Notes: a model not told the origin generated them from the letters alone. A stretch of 64,000 nucleotides of DNA from Octopus sinensis (GCF_006345805.1 NC_043002.1:58962001-59026000); one strand, 5' to 3'. Numbered from the stretch's first letter, positions 24,370-37,422 are shown. Translations and numbers: made by a program.

Positions 24370-24742
24370 GCAGGAGTGGCTGTGTGGTAAGTAGCTTGCT
24401 TACTGACCACATGGTCCCGGGTTCAGTCCCACTGCGTGGCACCTTGGGCAAGTGTCTTCTACTATAGCCTCGGGCCGACCAAAGCCTTGTGAGTGGATTT
24501 GGTAGATGGAAACTGGAAGAAGCCCATCATATATGTGTATATATATATATATGTGTGGGTGTGTGTGTATGTTTGTGTGTCTGTGTTTGTCCTCCCAGCA
24601 TCGCTTGACGACCGGTTCGGCAAAAGAGACCGATAGAATAAGTACTAGGCTTACAAAGAATAAGCTCTGGGGTCGATTTACTCGACTATAAAGGCAGTGC
24701 TCCAGCATGGCCACAGTCAAATGACTGAAACAAGTAAAAGAA
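24370..24742 (+). mobile_element. Abundant tRNA-derived SINE with internal (TA)n(TG)n microsatellite (representative copy)
   Basis: A-box TGGCTGTGTGG, B-box GGTTCAGTCCC, CACCTTGGGCAAGTGTC core, internal microsatellite, tail ..CAGTCAAATGACTGAAACAAGTAAAAG. About 20 whole or partial copies (e.g. 19430-19760, 31060-31440, 34590-35020, 36985-37360, 40330-40650, 44540-44960, 56760-57150, 59265-59650, 62150-62940). Confidence 0.85.
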
Positions 24743-25409
24743 AAAAAAAAATACCACAGATTTGTTTGTCTGTTGTTTGACCTCAACCAGTTGAGCATGT
24801 CCCTTAGTGGTTGACAATATATGCATCTCTGATTACGAGCAGAAGTAGTGGGGGAGCATCATAGCCATGTGATGAGAGGAATTCTTTGGGGTTTGAATAA
24901 TTCACTTTTGGAAACATGGGTGTTTCGTTCAAAATACTTAAACAAACCTTATTCAAGATCTTTTGAGCGGGATGGGCAACTCGACCTGAAGGGAATTCTA
25001 ACTGGGCTCCACCTGCAAGGTTATGTGCTGTTCATCTTGATATGAGATCACCATGTCATGCACATATGGTTGTGATGCACGTGCTTGGTGTACCCTTATC
25101 AGACAGGTATACAGATGGGTATACTGGGCTTTGTATATTTTTCTCTATGGTCACTTTGAGAGCATGCACTGCTCTCTCACTCAATAGTAATAATAATAAT
25201 AATAATTAGAATAATCCTTTCTACTATAGGCACAAGGCCTGAAATTTTAGAGGAGGGGACTAGTCAATTACATCAACCCCAGTGTTTCACTGGTACTTAT
25301 TTTACTGACCCCGAAAGGATGAAAGGCAAAGACAACCTTGGTGGAATTTGAACTGAGAACATAAATATGGGCAAAATGCCACTTAGCATTTTGCCTGGCA
25401 TGCTTAGCA

Positions 25410-25443
<34 letters not shown>

Positions 25444-26200
25444 GATGAAAAATGGAGCAGACCCAAAATGTCGATTCTGCAACGACATGATTGAAACAGT
25501 GGACCACCTAATCTCTGGATGTAAAGTCTTAGCACCAGTGGAGTATAAATTAAGACATGACAGAGTTGGCCAATATCTACACTGGCTAATAAGTCTGCAT
25601 TACAATATCAAAACTGCCGACAAATGGTATAATCACCACCCTGAGGCTGTAACTGAAGGAGAAAATGTAACGATTCTGTGGGACTTTCCAGTACATACAG
25701 ACTGAACCATCAAGGCCAATAAACCAGATATTGTTGTGAAAGACCAAAACAATAAAGTTTGCTTATTGATCGACATGAGCATCCCCTGTGATCATAATAT
25801 CTCAGTGAAAGAGTTTGACAAGCTCAGAAAATATAAAGACCTACTCATTGAAGTTGAGAAAATGTGGCATCTCAAGGCAGTTACAATAGCAGTGATCGTA
25901 GGAGCACTAGGAATGATCAAGAAGGGAACCGAAAATTATATGAGAATGATCCCTGGCTTACCATCCCTGCAAGAAGTGCAAAAGATTGTCTAAACTGGTA
26001 CATCACACGTATTGAGAAGAGCATTGTCGATGTGAGAATTATTACTACCCATGTATTTTAATTTAACTTTAAAAAAAAAAATGAACAAACTATTGAGTTT
26101 AGTTTAATGGCCTACCAATATATACTATGAGTTTCTTTGCCCTAGGAGTCGGGAAGACACTCGGCAAGAAATGGAAGCAAATTTGAAAGAAGAAAAAAAT
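25444..26200 (+). mobile_element. R4/Dong-like non-LTR element fragment (zinc knuckle + RLE) in (TAA)n
   Basis: KCRFCNDMIETVDHLISGC (CCHC knuckle)..ILWDFPVHTD*TIKANKPDIVV..LLIDMSIP..LQEVQKIV*TGTSHVLRRALSM. (TAA)n at 25409-25443 and 26205-26243. Confidence 0.85.
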
Positions 26201-27994
26201 AAAGTAATAATAATAATAATAATAATAATAAAGATAATAATAATAAAATCAGCTCTATTACTTAAGTACAAAAAGATAGGACGATTTTAAAAACCTAAAC
26301 TGGTCTCATGATATCTTCTGATACAGCAAGGTCAAGTGTTAAATAAGAATAACTTCTGAAATAAAACAACAAAAATCGTTCAATTTTTTTTCTCAGGGTT
26401 AGAATTTGCATAAAAGAGACTATCTTTTTTTCTTTCAATAGCAATAGATTAAATAAAGCATAATGAAGTTAATAACAACTGAAAAAGCTCTCACCACCTG
26501 AAGGACTACAATAATGGTTGTGGATTGACAGAGAGACACAAACTTTACCTTCAATGGGAATTTTCCTTTTCTGTACAATGTAACTCCATACGTATTCTGT
26601 GAAGTACTTCTCAAGACTCTCTTTGGTTCCTTCATGGTGCATCTCACATGTGCCCTCATTGTCTGTCACTTTCTCTCTTGAGATATTGCTACTTGACTTT
26701 CTGAGCTTTCATTTTAACGATAGGGATAAATGCTGTGAAATTGTTTTCTGTTGTGGGCTGTTCATTGATGCATGTAGGTAATGAAAAAGTCTTTCTAGGG
26801 CTGTGTGTAAAATGATAAACAGCGTTCATGAACAATTAACAGAAGCTTTAATTACTGTACATAATGTTTTCTGTGTCGATGAAGAATAAAGGCAACAATT
26901 TGTACAAACTGGGGGAAACATATTTCTGGGGTCTAACAACGAAATAGCTGGTATATATGTCAATCTGTGACTGACCCATCACAACTTTTCTTTTATTCTT
27001 TTACTTGCTTCAGCCATTTGACTGTGGTCATGCTGGAACACCACCTTAAAGGTTTTCCTTTTTAATTGCTACCAGTGCCGGTGGCATGTAAGAGAACCTT
27101 CCGTTTCGCGACCGTTGCCAGCACCGCCCTGTTTCGTGTCTGTTGCCAGCCTCGCTGGCCCTCGTGCCGGTGGCACATAAAAAGCACCATCCGTTCGTGG
27201 CCGTTTGCCAGCTCTGTCTGGCACCTGTGCAGGTGGCACGTAAAAAGCACCCACTACACTCACGGAGTGGTTGGCGTTAGGAAGGGCATCCAGCCGTAGA
27301 AACACTGCCAGATTTGACTGGGCCTGATGAAGCCTTCTGGCTTCACAGACCCCAGTAGAACCGTCCAACCCATGCTAGCATGGAAAGCGGACGCTAAACG
27401 ATGATGATGATGATGAATTGAAGAAATCGAACCCAGAACTTATTCATTGTGAGCCTAGTACTTATTCTATTAGCCTCTTTTGCTAATAGGGGGACATAAA
27501 CACCAGCATCAGTTGTCAAATGATGGCAGGGGTACAAACACAGACACATAAATATATACATATATATATATATACGAACATACATACATACATGTATATA
27601 AAGATGCAGATAAGGAAATAATTTTATTCTCAAATGCAGGATAATGCTAATAATGTTGCATGAACAGGATAAACTATCCATATTTTGCAGATAAATCTGT
27701 CGACGGCCAGCCATGAGACTCGAACTCACATCCCTGTGATTATGCATCAAGTGCTTTACCATTAAGCTAAACTGCTCAGCAACAAATTATTCTGCAATTT
27801 TAGGATATACAAATCTAGCTTTAGAGATGCTATCATACGTTAAATTCAACTTCCATTTAAAGTATTTCCTTATCTGTATCTTTCAATGCATCTCAAGCTT
27901 CTAAAAGCAAACTTTGTTGGCTTTCAACACAAGTTGAATTTAACCTACGATAGCGTCTTATAAAGCTAGATTTATGTATTCTAAAATTGCAGAA

Positions 27995-28665
27995 GAAGAG
28001 TGTGGTGGACATCTAGTGAGAATGAACGATGAAAGAATTCCTAAGCAACTTTTGTATGGTGAGCTGGAAGATGGTAGGAGGCCAATACAGAAACCCAAAA
28101 TAAAGTTTCATGATGTGCCTCAGAATTGCCCTGACACAGACAGGAGTTTCGGTTGTTGAGAGGGAGAGGGAGGCACAAAACCGAGATAGATAGATGAAGA
28201 GAGTGCACAGTGGTTGCTTGAAGTTTGAAAGAGAGAGAATGAAGCACAAGGAGATCAAGAGAAGGCTTAGAAAGAACGAACCTGTGGAAAATGAGAGAGT
28301 GTTGCTTTTTGTGTGTGTGGTTTGTAGAAGGAATTGCTGGAGTTGTAGAGGGAACTGCAATCCGAGAACTCACAGGAATCAACCCCTTGTAAATTGTGAT
28401 ACAGCTTGTGTTCACAACAGGACATGTACAACCTGCGGAAAGGTGTGCGTTTCAGTTGGAGGATTGAAAAGGCATGTCAAAAGACTTCATACTGCAGCAC
28501 CTGTTCCTTCTGCCAGCCAGTACAGCTGTGCTTTATACAATAGATTGTGCTAATCTTCGGCTAGGCTCAAGAGCCAAACAAGGGCTTCACATTGCATCAT
28601 CAGTGACTCATTTCAATGATTCTTTCTAGCAATGGCTTTGCTCGTATACAAGAAAACAGCTTGTA
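27995..28665 (+). mobile_element. RTE LINE 3' fragment with three C-terminal C2H2-like fingers
   Basis: GGHLVRMNDERIPKQLLYGELEDGRRPIQKPKIKFHD (RT C-terminus), then CVVCRRNC.., CTTCGKVCVSVGGLKRHVKRLH, CALYNRLC*. (TATG)n tail at 28664-28688. Confidence 0.85.
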
Positions 28666-28786
28666 TGTATGTATGTATGTATGTATGTCATTGTTCAGTT
28701 TTTATTTGAAGATTTCTTGCCAATAGAGAAAGACTGCATGCATGCATATATGTATTTAAGTATGTGTGTATGTATATATGTATATA

Positions 28787-28860
<74 letters not shown>

Positions 28861-28863
<3 letters not shown>

Positions 28864-29171
28864 CGAGATCACCGTGACTGACCAGGCCATCAGATGTTGT
28901 TACACATCGCTGGTCACAAGGCGCTTTGCATTGTTTTAGCCTTCAAATGACGCCACCCCGCTGGCTAAGCGAGTAGGCCAACAGAAGAAAGAGTGAGCGA
29001 AAGTTGTGGCGAAAGAGTACAGCGGGGATCGCCACCACCCCCCGCCGGAGCCTCGTGGAGCTTTAGGTGTTTTCGCTCAATAAACACTCACAACGCCTGG
29101 TCTGGGAATCGAAACCGTGATCCTACGACCGCGAGTCCGCTGCCCTAACCACTAGGCCATTGCGCCTCCAC
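28861..29171 (-). mobile_element. tRNA-derived SINE (head A + tail X)
   Basis: A-box TGGCCTAGTGG, B-box GGTTTCGATTCC, CpG-rich (young). Matches 1264-1549. Confidence 0.85.
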
Positions 29172-29199
29172 ATATATATATACATATATATATATGTGC

Positions 29200-29298
<99 letters not shown>

Positions 29299-29316
29299 GT
29301 ATGTATATATGTCTAT

Positions 29317-29640
29317 GAAGGCACGTGGCTTAGTGGTTAGGGCATTCGGCTCATGATCGTAAGGTCATGAGTTCAGTTCCCGGTGACGCATTGGTCCTTC
29401 AGCAAGACACTTTATTTCACCTTACTCTAGTTAATTCAGCTGGCAAAAATGAGTTGCATCTGTAATTCAAAGAGCCAGCCTTGTCACACTCTGTATCACA
29501 CTGAATCTCCCTGAGAGCTACGTAAAGGGTACATGTGTCTGTGGAGTGCTCAGCCACTTGCACGTTAATTTCATTAGCAGGCTGTACCATTGATCGTATC
29601 AGCTGGGACCCTCATTGTCATAACCGGTGGAGTGCTCCTA
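29317..29640 (+). mobile_element. tRNA-derived SINE (head B + tail Y)
   Basis: A-box TGGCTTAGTGG, B-box GAGTTCAGTTCC. The 3' block GCCTTGTCACACTCTG..GTCTGTGGAGTGCTCAGCCACTTGCACGTTAATTTCA is shared with 48215-48610 and 49950-50337. Confidence 0.75.
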
Positions 29641-29885
29641 TATATGTCTATATATACATATACATACATACATACATACATAATACATACATACATACAT
29701 CATCATCATCATCATCATCATTTAGCGTCCGCTTTCCATGCTAGCATGGGTTGGACGAGTCAACTGGGGTCCGTGAAGCTGGAAGGCTTCGTCAGGCCCA
29801 GTCAGATCTGGCAGTGTTTCTACGGCTGGATGCCCTTCCTAACGCCAACCACTCTGAGAGTGTAGTGGGTGTTTTTTACGTGCCA

Positions 29886-29941
<56 letters not shown>

Positions 29942-30352
29942 TTTATAACATTATATAAAAATATAAAAATAATACAAAAACACAGCGGCATAAATGCTTG
30001 TGTGGTTCCATGTTAAAAGGGCACAACACACAGTGTAAAGTGGTTGGTGTTAGGAAGGGTATCAAGTCATAGAAACCAAGTAAAATCAGACTAGAACTTG
30101 CCAGCTCTGGTTAAACCATCCAACCCATGCCAGCATGGAAAATGGACGTTAAATGATGAGGATTATGATGATGATGATGATGATGAACAAGCTTTTTTAT
30201 CATTGTATACAATGACAATAAACTCAGTTCTTATGAAATTAATGTTGTGTTAGATGGCTTCCCATTTGGTGCATAACATCTGGTAATTAAATATTTCGTA
30301 ATAATATAAAAAAATAGAGGATTTAAAACAGGTTTTTATTTTCCTTTTGCAG

Positions 30353-30390
<38 letters not shown>

Positions 30391-31587
30391 ACCTACATGG
30401 CTGTATTTAAAAATATCTAACTAAAGATAATTATGTGATCAACTTCTTTGTCATATAATGTAGCTGAGGTTTATTCATTTACGAGTTCAAATTCCATCGT
30501 AATTGTCCCAACGTACTTTAAAAAATACCGATAAAATAAAGTAGCAATTAAGTACTTACTCTGATTTGATTATCTGTTCCAGCTCCAGCTGGTCATTAGA
30601 GCATGACCATTTGCTTGTGATACCCTAGAACTCATCCTTTAATTAGGTGTAAACATGGCTGTGGGGGAAAGAAGTTTGTTTCCAGTCCCATGGTTCCAGT
30701 TTCGGTCCCACTGCACAGTACCTTCTACAAGTGTTTTCTAATATATAGCCTCCACCTATATATAAATGAGTAACAAATATGTACAGGTGTCAATTCATTG
30801 CAGCCATTTCAAGTGGGTCCTTTAATTAATGAAAACATTACATCATTTGAAAGAAACTGTTCTCGTCAGATGACCGCATAGACTTCAAACATAAAGGATA
30901 CAAGCATTTCTTTTACATATTTACATCAATAATGGAACTCAAAATATTTACATGGTTTCTTCTGTCATATCTGTGGCAGAATGAGTTTAGAAAATAATGC
31001 ATACCTTGTTAAGTCTACTATAATTTCAGTATTCAATTAATACTGTTTGGATGTGCGGATTATGCTGACCAACCACATGGCTCTAGATTCAGTCTCACTA
31101 CATGGCACCTTGGGTAAGTGTCTTCTACTCTAGCCTCGGGCCAACCAAAGCCTTGGGAGTGGATTTGGTAGACGGAAACTGAAAGAAGCCTGTCGTATAT
31201 ATATCTATGTGTGTATGTGTGTGTGTGTGTGTGTGTATGTGTTTGTGTGTGTGTATTTCTCCCCCAAACATTGCTTGACAACTGATGCTGGTGTTTTTTA
31301 CATCCCTGTAACATAGTGATTTGGTAAAAGAGACCAATAGAGTAAGTACTAGGCTTACAAAGAATAAGTCCTGGGGTCAATTTGCTCGACTAAAGGCAGT
31401 GCTCCAGCATGGCCACAGTCAAATGACTGAAACAATGTAAACAAACCAATACTAGTTGTCAAGCGGTGCACCCCACACACACTCATATGTATATATATAT
31501 ATTTTCTATACATATATATATATATATTTTAAAATTATAAGTATATGAAAGAATGGAGTTGAACGACCAGTTAACAAATATCCTTTA

Positions 31588-31670
31588 TTCTCGACATATG
31601 TTTCGAAGGCTGCATATTCCTAATTCTGAAGGAATAAGGAGTACATTATGCAGATTTCTCATTAGGAAAA
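31588..31670 (-). ncRNA. Degenerate type I hammerhead ribozyme (G5A) in a solo Penelope-like pLTR remnant
   Basis: Minus: TTTTC-CTAATGA-GAAatCTGCATA..TATGCAGccTTC-GAA-ACATATGT-C-GAGAA, with palindromic stem III ACAUAUGU and cleavage triplet GUC. Confidence 0.65.
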
Positions 31671-31861
31671 TCAAGGAACTTATGTCGACATCAAAATGCA
31701 CAAAAAACTTTTAGCTGACCGTTCTCAAGGAGCCCATGACGATAATGAGTTCTGGGCTCAGTCCCACTGCGTGGCACCTTAGGCAAGTGTCCTTTATTAT
31801 TGCTTCGGGCTGAGCAAAGTCTTCTGAGTGGATTTGGTAGATGGAAACTGAAAGAAGCCTG

Positions 31862-31904
<43 letters not shown>

Positions 31905-31927
31905 ATATATGCATATATATATGTATG

Positions 31928-31994
<67 letters not shown>

Positions 31995-32004
31995 CTGTGT
32001 TTTC

Positions 32005-32514
32005 CCCCATCACCACTTTACAGCATGGTTCCAGCAAGAAGGTGCAACTGCTCATACCGAAAGAGAAACAATGCAGTTGCTAGGGCAGTGCTTTGGAGAG
32101 AGAATAATCTCCTACTATGGCAATGTTAACTGGCCTTCACATTCCCCAGACTTTACCAGCCCAAATTTTTCCTTGTAGGGATACCTGAAAGAGAGTGTTT
32201 ACACCAACAAACTGAAGACCCTGGTGCAACTGAAGGAGAATATCAATAGAGAAATCAGAGAAGTGGGATCTGAAATTCTTGAGGGTGTTATGGTGCAAGT
32301 TTTGGAAAGAGCACGGATGTGCGAAACCGAAAACATGGCTGTCATTTAAGCGATGTCCTTCTTCATATGTGATGTAGTGGTGCTGTAAAAATGAAATCAT
32401 GCATATTAATTTCCATTATGTTTTTTATATTATATCAAAATTTCATGCATTTATTTGTAAAGTTAAGGAAGTTATTAAAAATTGAAACCCATCAGTGACT
32501 TTTGGGACACCCTG
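32005..32514 (+). mobile_element. Tc1/mariner-superfamily transposon right end
   Basis: WFQQEGATAHT..FGERIIS..NWPSHSPDFTSPNFSL*GYLKESVY (QQDGA..WPxxSPD catalytic motifs). Terminates TTTTGGGACACCCTG followed by TA at 32515-32516. Confidence 0.85.
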
Positions 32515-32524
32515 TATATATACA

Positions 32525-32614
<90 letters not shown>

Positions 32615-33464
32615 CCTATCTATTTATCTATATATAACATATATGTTATATGTGTTAAATGATATATTATATACAATCATATATATACATAAATAACCTA
32701 AAAGATAATACTCTATCTTTCTCATTGTATTTGTTTGTTGACATCATTTTACATATTTCACCTGATTTTTTTACCTGTATTAAATAAAGATTTTTCCCCT
32801 TTTTTAAACTCATCTATATCATTCATTTATATATTTATTTATTTCCTTATCTAATTGTTTCTTCCAATTGCCGACCAATCACATTTCTCCATTTTTTTTT
32901 TCCAATCAGTTGTTATTTATATGTGGTATTTATCTGTTCTACTGTCATTCTCGCAGGGTGCATTCTAACTCCTGACGCCTGACAAACAATTCCAGAACGT
33001 TACAAACCTAATTATCAACTGATGCAACAATTTCAAGTCTTTTGCGGATCGCTGCTTATTTAGAACACTGAATTAGAATGCTCCCTACCTCTCTCTCTCT
33101 CCCTCTCCTCTTCCTCTTTCTCTTTCCCACTTTTTCTTTCTCCTTCTCTCTTTCTGTGTCTTGTTATCTGTATGATCATTATCTGTCACATGTACCTGAC
33201 AACACACATATAAAAAAAGTAAAAATGATCCTTCATTTGTTTAGATAAAGATTCCTGTAATTCAATGAACTGAACTGTTTATTCATTATAAACAGTTGAG
33301 TATTCCAGAGACACTTGTACTCTTAATGTGATCATCATCATCATCATCATTATCATCATCATTATAATCGTTGTTGTCATTTTAATGTCCACTTTTCAAT
33401 GTTTGAATGGGTTGGGTGGAGTTTATTGAGGTACTTTCCCTGCAGCAGGATGCCCTTCCAGTCA

Positions 33465-34122
33465 AGGCAGTGAGCTGGCAGAAACATTAGCATACCGGGC
33501 GAAATACCTAGCGGTATTTTTCTGTCTTTACATTCTGAGTTCAAATTCTGCTGAGGTCGACTTTCCCTTTCATCCCTTCAGGGTCAATAAATTAAGTACC
33601 AGTTATGCACTGGGATCGATGTAATCGACTTAATTCCTTTGTCTGTCCTTGTTTGTCTCCTCTATGTTTAACCCCTTGTGGGCAATAAAGAAATAAGAAA
33701 CATTAGCATGCCGGGCAAAACGCTTAGCAGTATTTCATCTGACTTTATGTTCTGAGTTCAAATTCCACTGAGATTGACTTTGCCATTCATCCTTTCAGGG
33801 TTGATAAATTAAGTACCAGTTACATACAGGAGTTGATCTAATCAACTGGTCCCCACCTCAAAAATTTTGGGTCTTGTGCCTAGAGTAGAAAAGAATATTT
33901 ATTATTAATAAGGCAGCAAGCTGGCAGAAATGCTAGCATGCCAGGCAAAATGCTTAGCAGTATTCTATCTGTCTTTACATTCTGAGTTCAAATTCTGCCG
34001 AGGTTGACTTTGCCTTTCTTCCTTTTGGAATTGATAAATTAAATACCAGTTGTGTACTGGGGGCCATCTTATTGACTGGTCCCCTCCTCAGAAATTTCGT
34101 GCCTTGTGCCTAGAGTAGAAAA
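33465..34122 (+). mobile_element. Three head-to-tail monomers of the SINE seen at 11335-11726
   Basis: Three successive GTTCAAATTC..GACTTT..CATCCTTTCAGG..AAATTAAGTACCAG blocks, with tails a, b, b. Confidence 0.8.
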
Positions 34123-35223
34123 GGATGCCCTTCCTGTCACCAAACTGCACTTATTTCCAAGCAAGGGAAATATTTCTCCATAACTAAGGTGGCACACTGA
34201 CAGAATTGTTACTGCACAAGGCAAAATGCTTCACTTGTCCTTACATTCTGAGTTCAAAATCCACTGAGGTTGACTTTGTTTTTTGTCCTTTCTGGATTGA
34301 TAAAATAAGAACCAGTTTACCACTGGGGTGGTGGTGGGCGGGGAGGTTGATGTAATAGACTTATACCCTCCTTGGAAATTGCTGGTCTTGTGCCAAAATC
34401 TGAAACCAATATTTCTCCATGTCCTAACATTTCTTTGCAGAAGATTGGAAATGAATGATATTGGTTGTATGAGAGTGAAAATCATTTGCACCTATTATGC
34501 AATGTCAAATAAATGATGCACAAATATACACACATTCACACAAACACGCACATATATACATAAACAAATACACATACACACGCATATATGCAGGTGTGGT
34601 AAGAAGCTTCCTTCCCAACAACAAGGTTCTGGGTTCAGTTTCACTGTGTGACACCTTGGGCAAGTGTCTTCTGCTATAGGCTCGAGTTAACCAAATCTTC
34701 ATGAACGGATTTGGTAGATGGAAACTGAAAGAGGCTCATTGTACATACATACATGTGTATGTGTATGTGTATATGTGCATGTGTGGTGTGTGTGTGTGTG
34801 TGTGTGCATGTATGTGTGTTTGTTCTTCATTATTGTTTGACAACCAATGGTGGTATGTTTACATCCCTGTAACTTTGTGGTTTGGCAAAAGTGACCGATA
34901 AAATAAGTACCGGGCTTCAAAAAAAAAGTTCTAGGGTTGATTCATTCGTCTAAAAATTCTTGAAGGTGGTGCCCCAGCATGGCCACAATTTAATGACTGA
35001 AGCAAATAAAAGATAAAAGACACATACATCATATCCTCCTGCTCATCATCATCGTCTTCATCATCATCATCATTGTCATTATCATCATCATTACCATGAT
35101 CATCATCGTTGTCGTCATCATTGTCATCATTATCATCGTCATCATTATCATCATCGTTGTCATCATCATCATCATCATTGTTGTCATCGTCATCATCATC
35201 ACCATCATCATCATCGTCATCAC

Positions 35224-35260
<37 letters not shown>

Positions 35261-35636
35261 GTCATCGTCATCATCACCATCATCATTCATGGTGTGTGTG
35301 TGTCTATTTTACTTGAGTAAATTTGGTAGATGGAAACTGAAAGAAGCCCGACGTATATATATATATATATATATGTGCATGTATATGTTTGTGTGTCTGT
35401 GTTTGTCGCCCCAACATCACTTAACAACTGATGCTGGTGTGTTTGCGTGCCCATCACTTAGCGGTTCAGCAAGAGAGACCGATAGAATAAGTACTAGGAT
35501 TTCAAAGAACAAGTCCTGGGGTTGATTTACTCGACTAAAGGTGGTGCTCCAGCATGGCTGCAGTCAAATGACTGAAACAAAGAAAAGAAAAGGAAAGAAT
35601 ATATATATACATATATATATATATATGTTTGAATCA

Positions 35637-35797
35637 TTTTTTATTGATATTTAGCAGAAGCAATAGAGTGGCTGAAGGACCAATAGTTTCATATGTTAGC
35701 AATTATAAAGCTTATCAAACAAGTTTGGTGAGCTCTAGCACACAAAATATTTGGCCCTTGAGTCACTTTGTTGCTTCTGCTAAATATTAATAAAAAA
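35637..35797. repeat. Foldback/MITE (~160 bp)
   Basis: TTTTTTATTGATATTTAGCAGAAGCAA is inverted against TTGCTTCTGCTAAATATTAATAAAAAA. Imperfect pairing continues inward. Confidence 0.75.
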
Positions 35798-37117
35798 AGA
35801 AATATATATATGTGTATGTATATGTATGTATATGTAAGCATGTATGTATGTATACAATGTAGCATGTAGATGTTGCTATAGGTTGAAAGAAATATAATTA
35901 GATATAAATGATATTCTATATAATATTCTGTGGAGGACCACACAACAAGCTTATCAAACATATTTTATGATTCTATACAAAAATAGCATGATTATCCAAA
36001 CAGCATGATTATCAAACATGTTTAATGAATGTATACAAAAGAGAAAAATATAAAACAAAATATCTAATGATTAAATACAATAATATAAATCTTCAGCTAC
36101 CTGAACACCAATTATCTGAATTCTAGATTATCCAAACAAGATCTCGAGTTTTCGTGAATATTTTATGATTCATATTGTGTTGTGTGATAAAACTCAAACT
36201 GGAGAATAATAATAGCAACACTGCTTTGTCTTTTGTTCACGGTGCTTAAATGTGAATTCGAATTTACTAACAAACATGTAAAATTCTTTGCACCATTGAC
36301 AACCAAATAAAAAAACAAGTGAGATTTTATAGTGTCTGGGCTCTATAGAAGAATACAATATTTTATCGATTGAACGGCATCAAAACAATTCTGTAAACAT
36401 GCTTTTTTTTAATGTAATTATGTTCAGTATGGCTTCCTTTGTTTAGGATCAAATCAGTTATCTAAACAAAATGCTCTCAGCCCATCTCATTTAGTTAATC
36501 GAAGTTTAACTACAGTTAGGCCTTGATTATAATAGAAATACATATAATACATGCACACACACATAGATATATTCTTACACACATATATATTTATTATATT
36601 TTAACAATAGGTGGGATGATGGTGGCTTCAAAGTTTCAATCTGCTAACCTTTGTTGGATGGTCCAACAATAAATCATGGATTTACCTAAAAAAGACCCAA
36701 TCAACTGGATTTAATTAGACCCTTCTACCCTCCTGGACATAATGAACCTCAGTAAATATCATTAATGAGGAACATGCTTCCAGTGTCTAACCCATGTATC
36801 TCTCTGATGAAGGAATACCCACCTTACAGTACCTTTGTTTGATATAATGCTCCAATAGCTGGGATGCTCCAGTAACAGCTATCAGAGACTAGCTTTCACT
36901 AATTCTTATCATTTGCTATGTAGCTAAATTTAGATTGAAATAAGTGAAATTAAATGTCCTTGTCATGCATTGTCTAATTGTTTGCCGGCGTGGCTGTATG
37001 GTACATTGCGCAAGTGTCTTATACTATAGCTTCGAGCTGACCAAAGCCTTGTGAGTGGACTTGGTAGACAGAAACTGAAAGAAGCCCGTCGTGTAAGTGT
37101 GTGTGTGTGTGTGTGTG

Positions 37118-37167
<50 letters not shown>

Positions 37168-37422
37168 GCATGTATGTATACATATATATATATGTATATT
37201 TATGTGTGTGTGTATCTGTGTTTGTTCCCCCACTATCACTTGACAACTGATGTTGGTGTGTTTATGTCCCTGTAACTTAGCAATTCATCAAAAGAGACCA
37301 ATAGAATAAGTACTAGGCTTATGAACAACAAGTCTTGCGGTTAATTTGTTCAACTAAAACCCTTTAAGGCCAGTAGAGGAATAAAAGAATATGTATACAT
37401 ATCGTAGATATGGTAGTTGTCT

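Noticed and set aside
28861-29171. tRNA gene
   Set aside because: A/B boxes are present, but the head continues into SINE body and tail with no acceptor-stem closure. It is a SINE.
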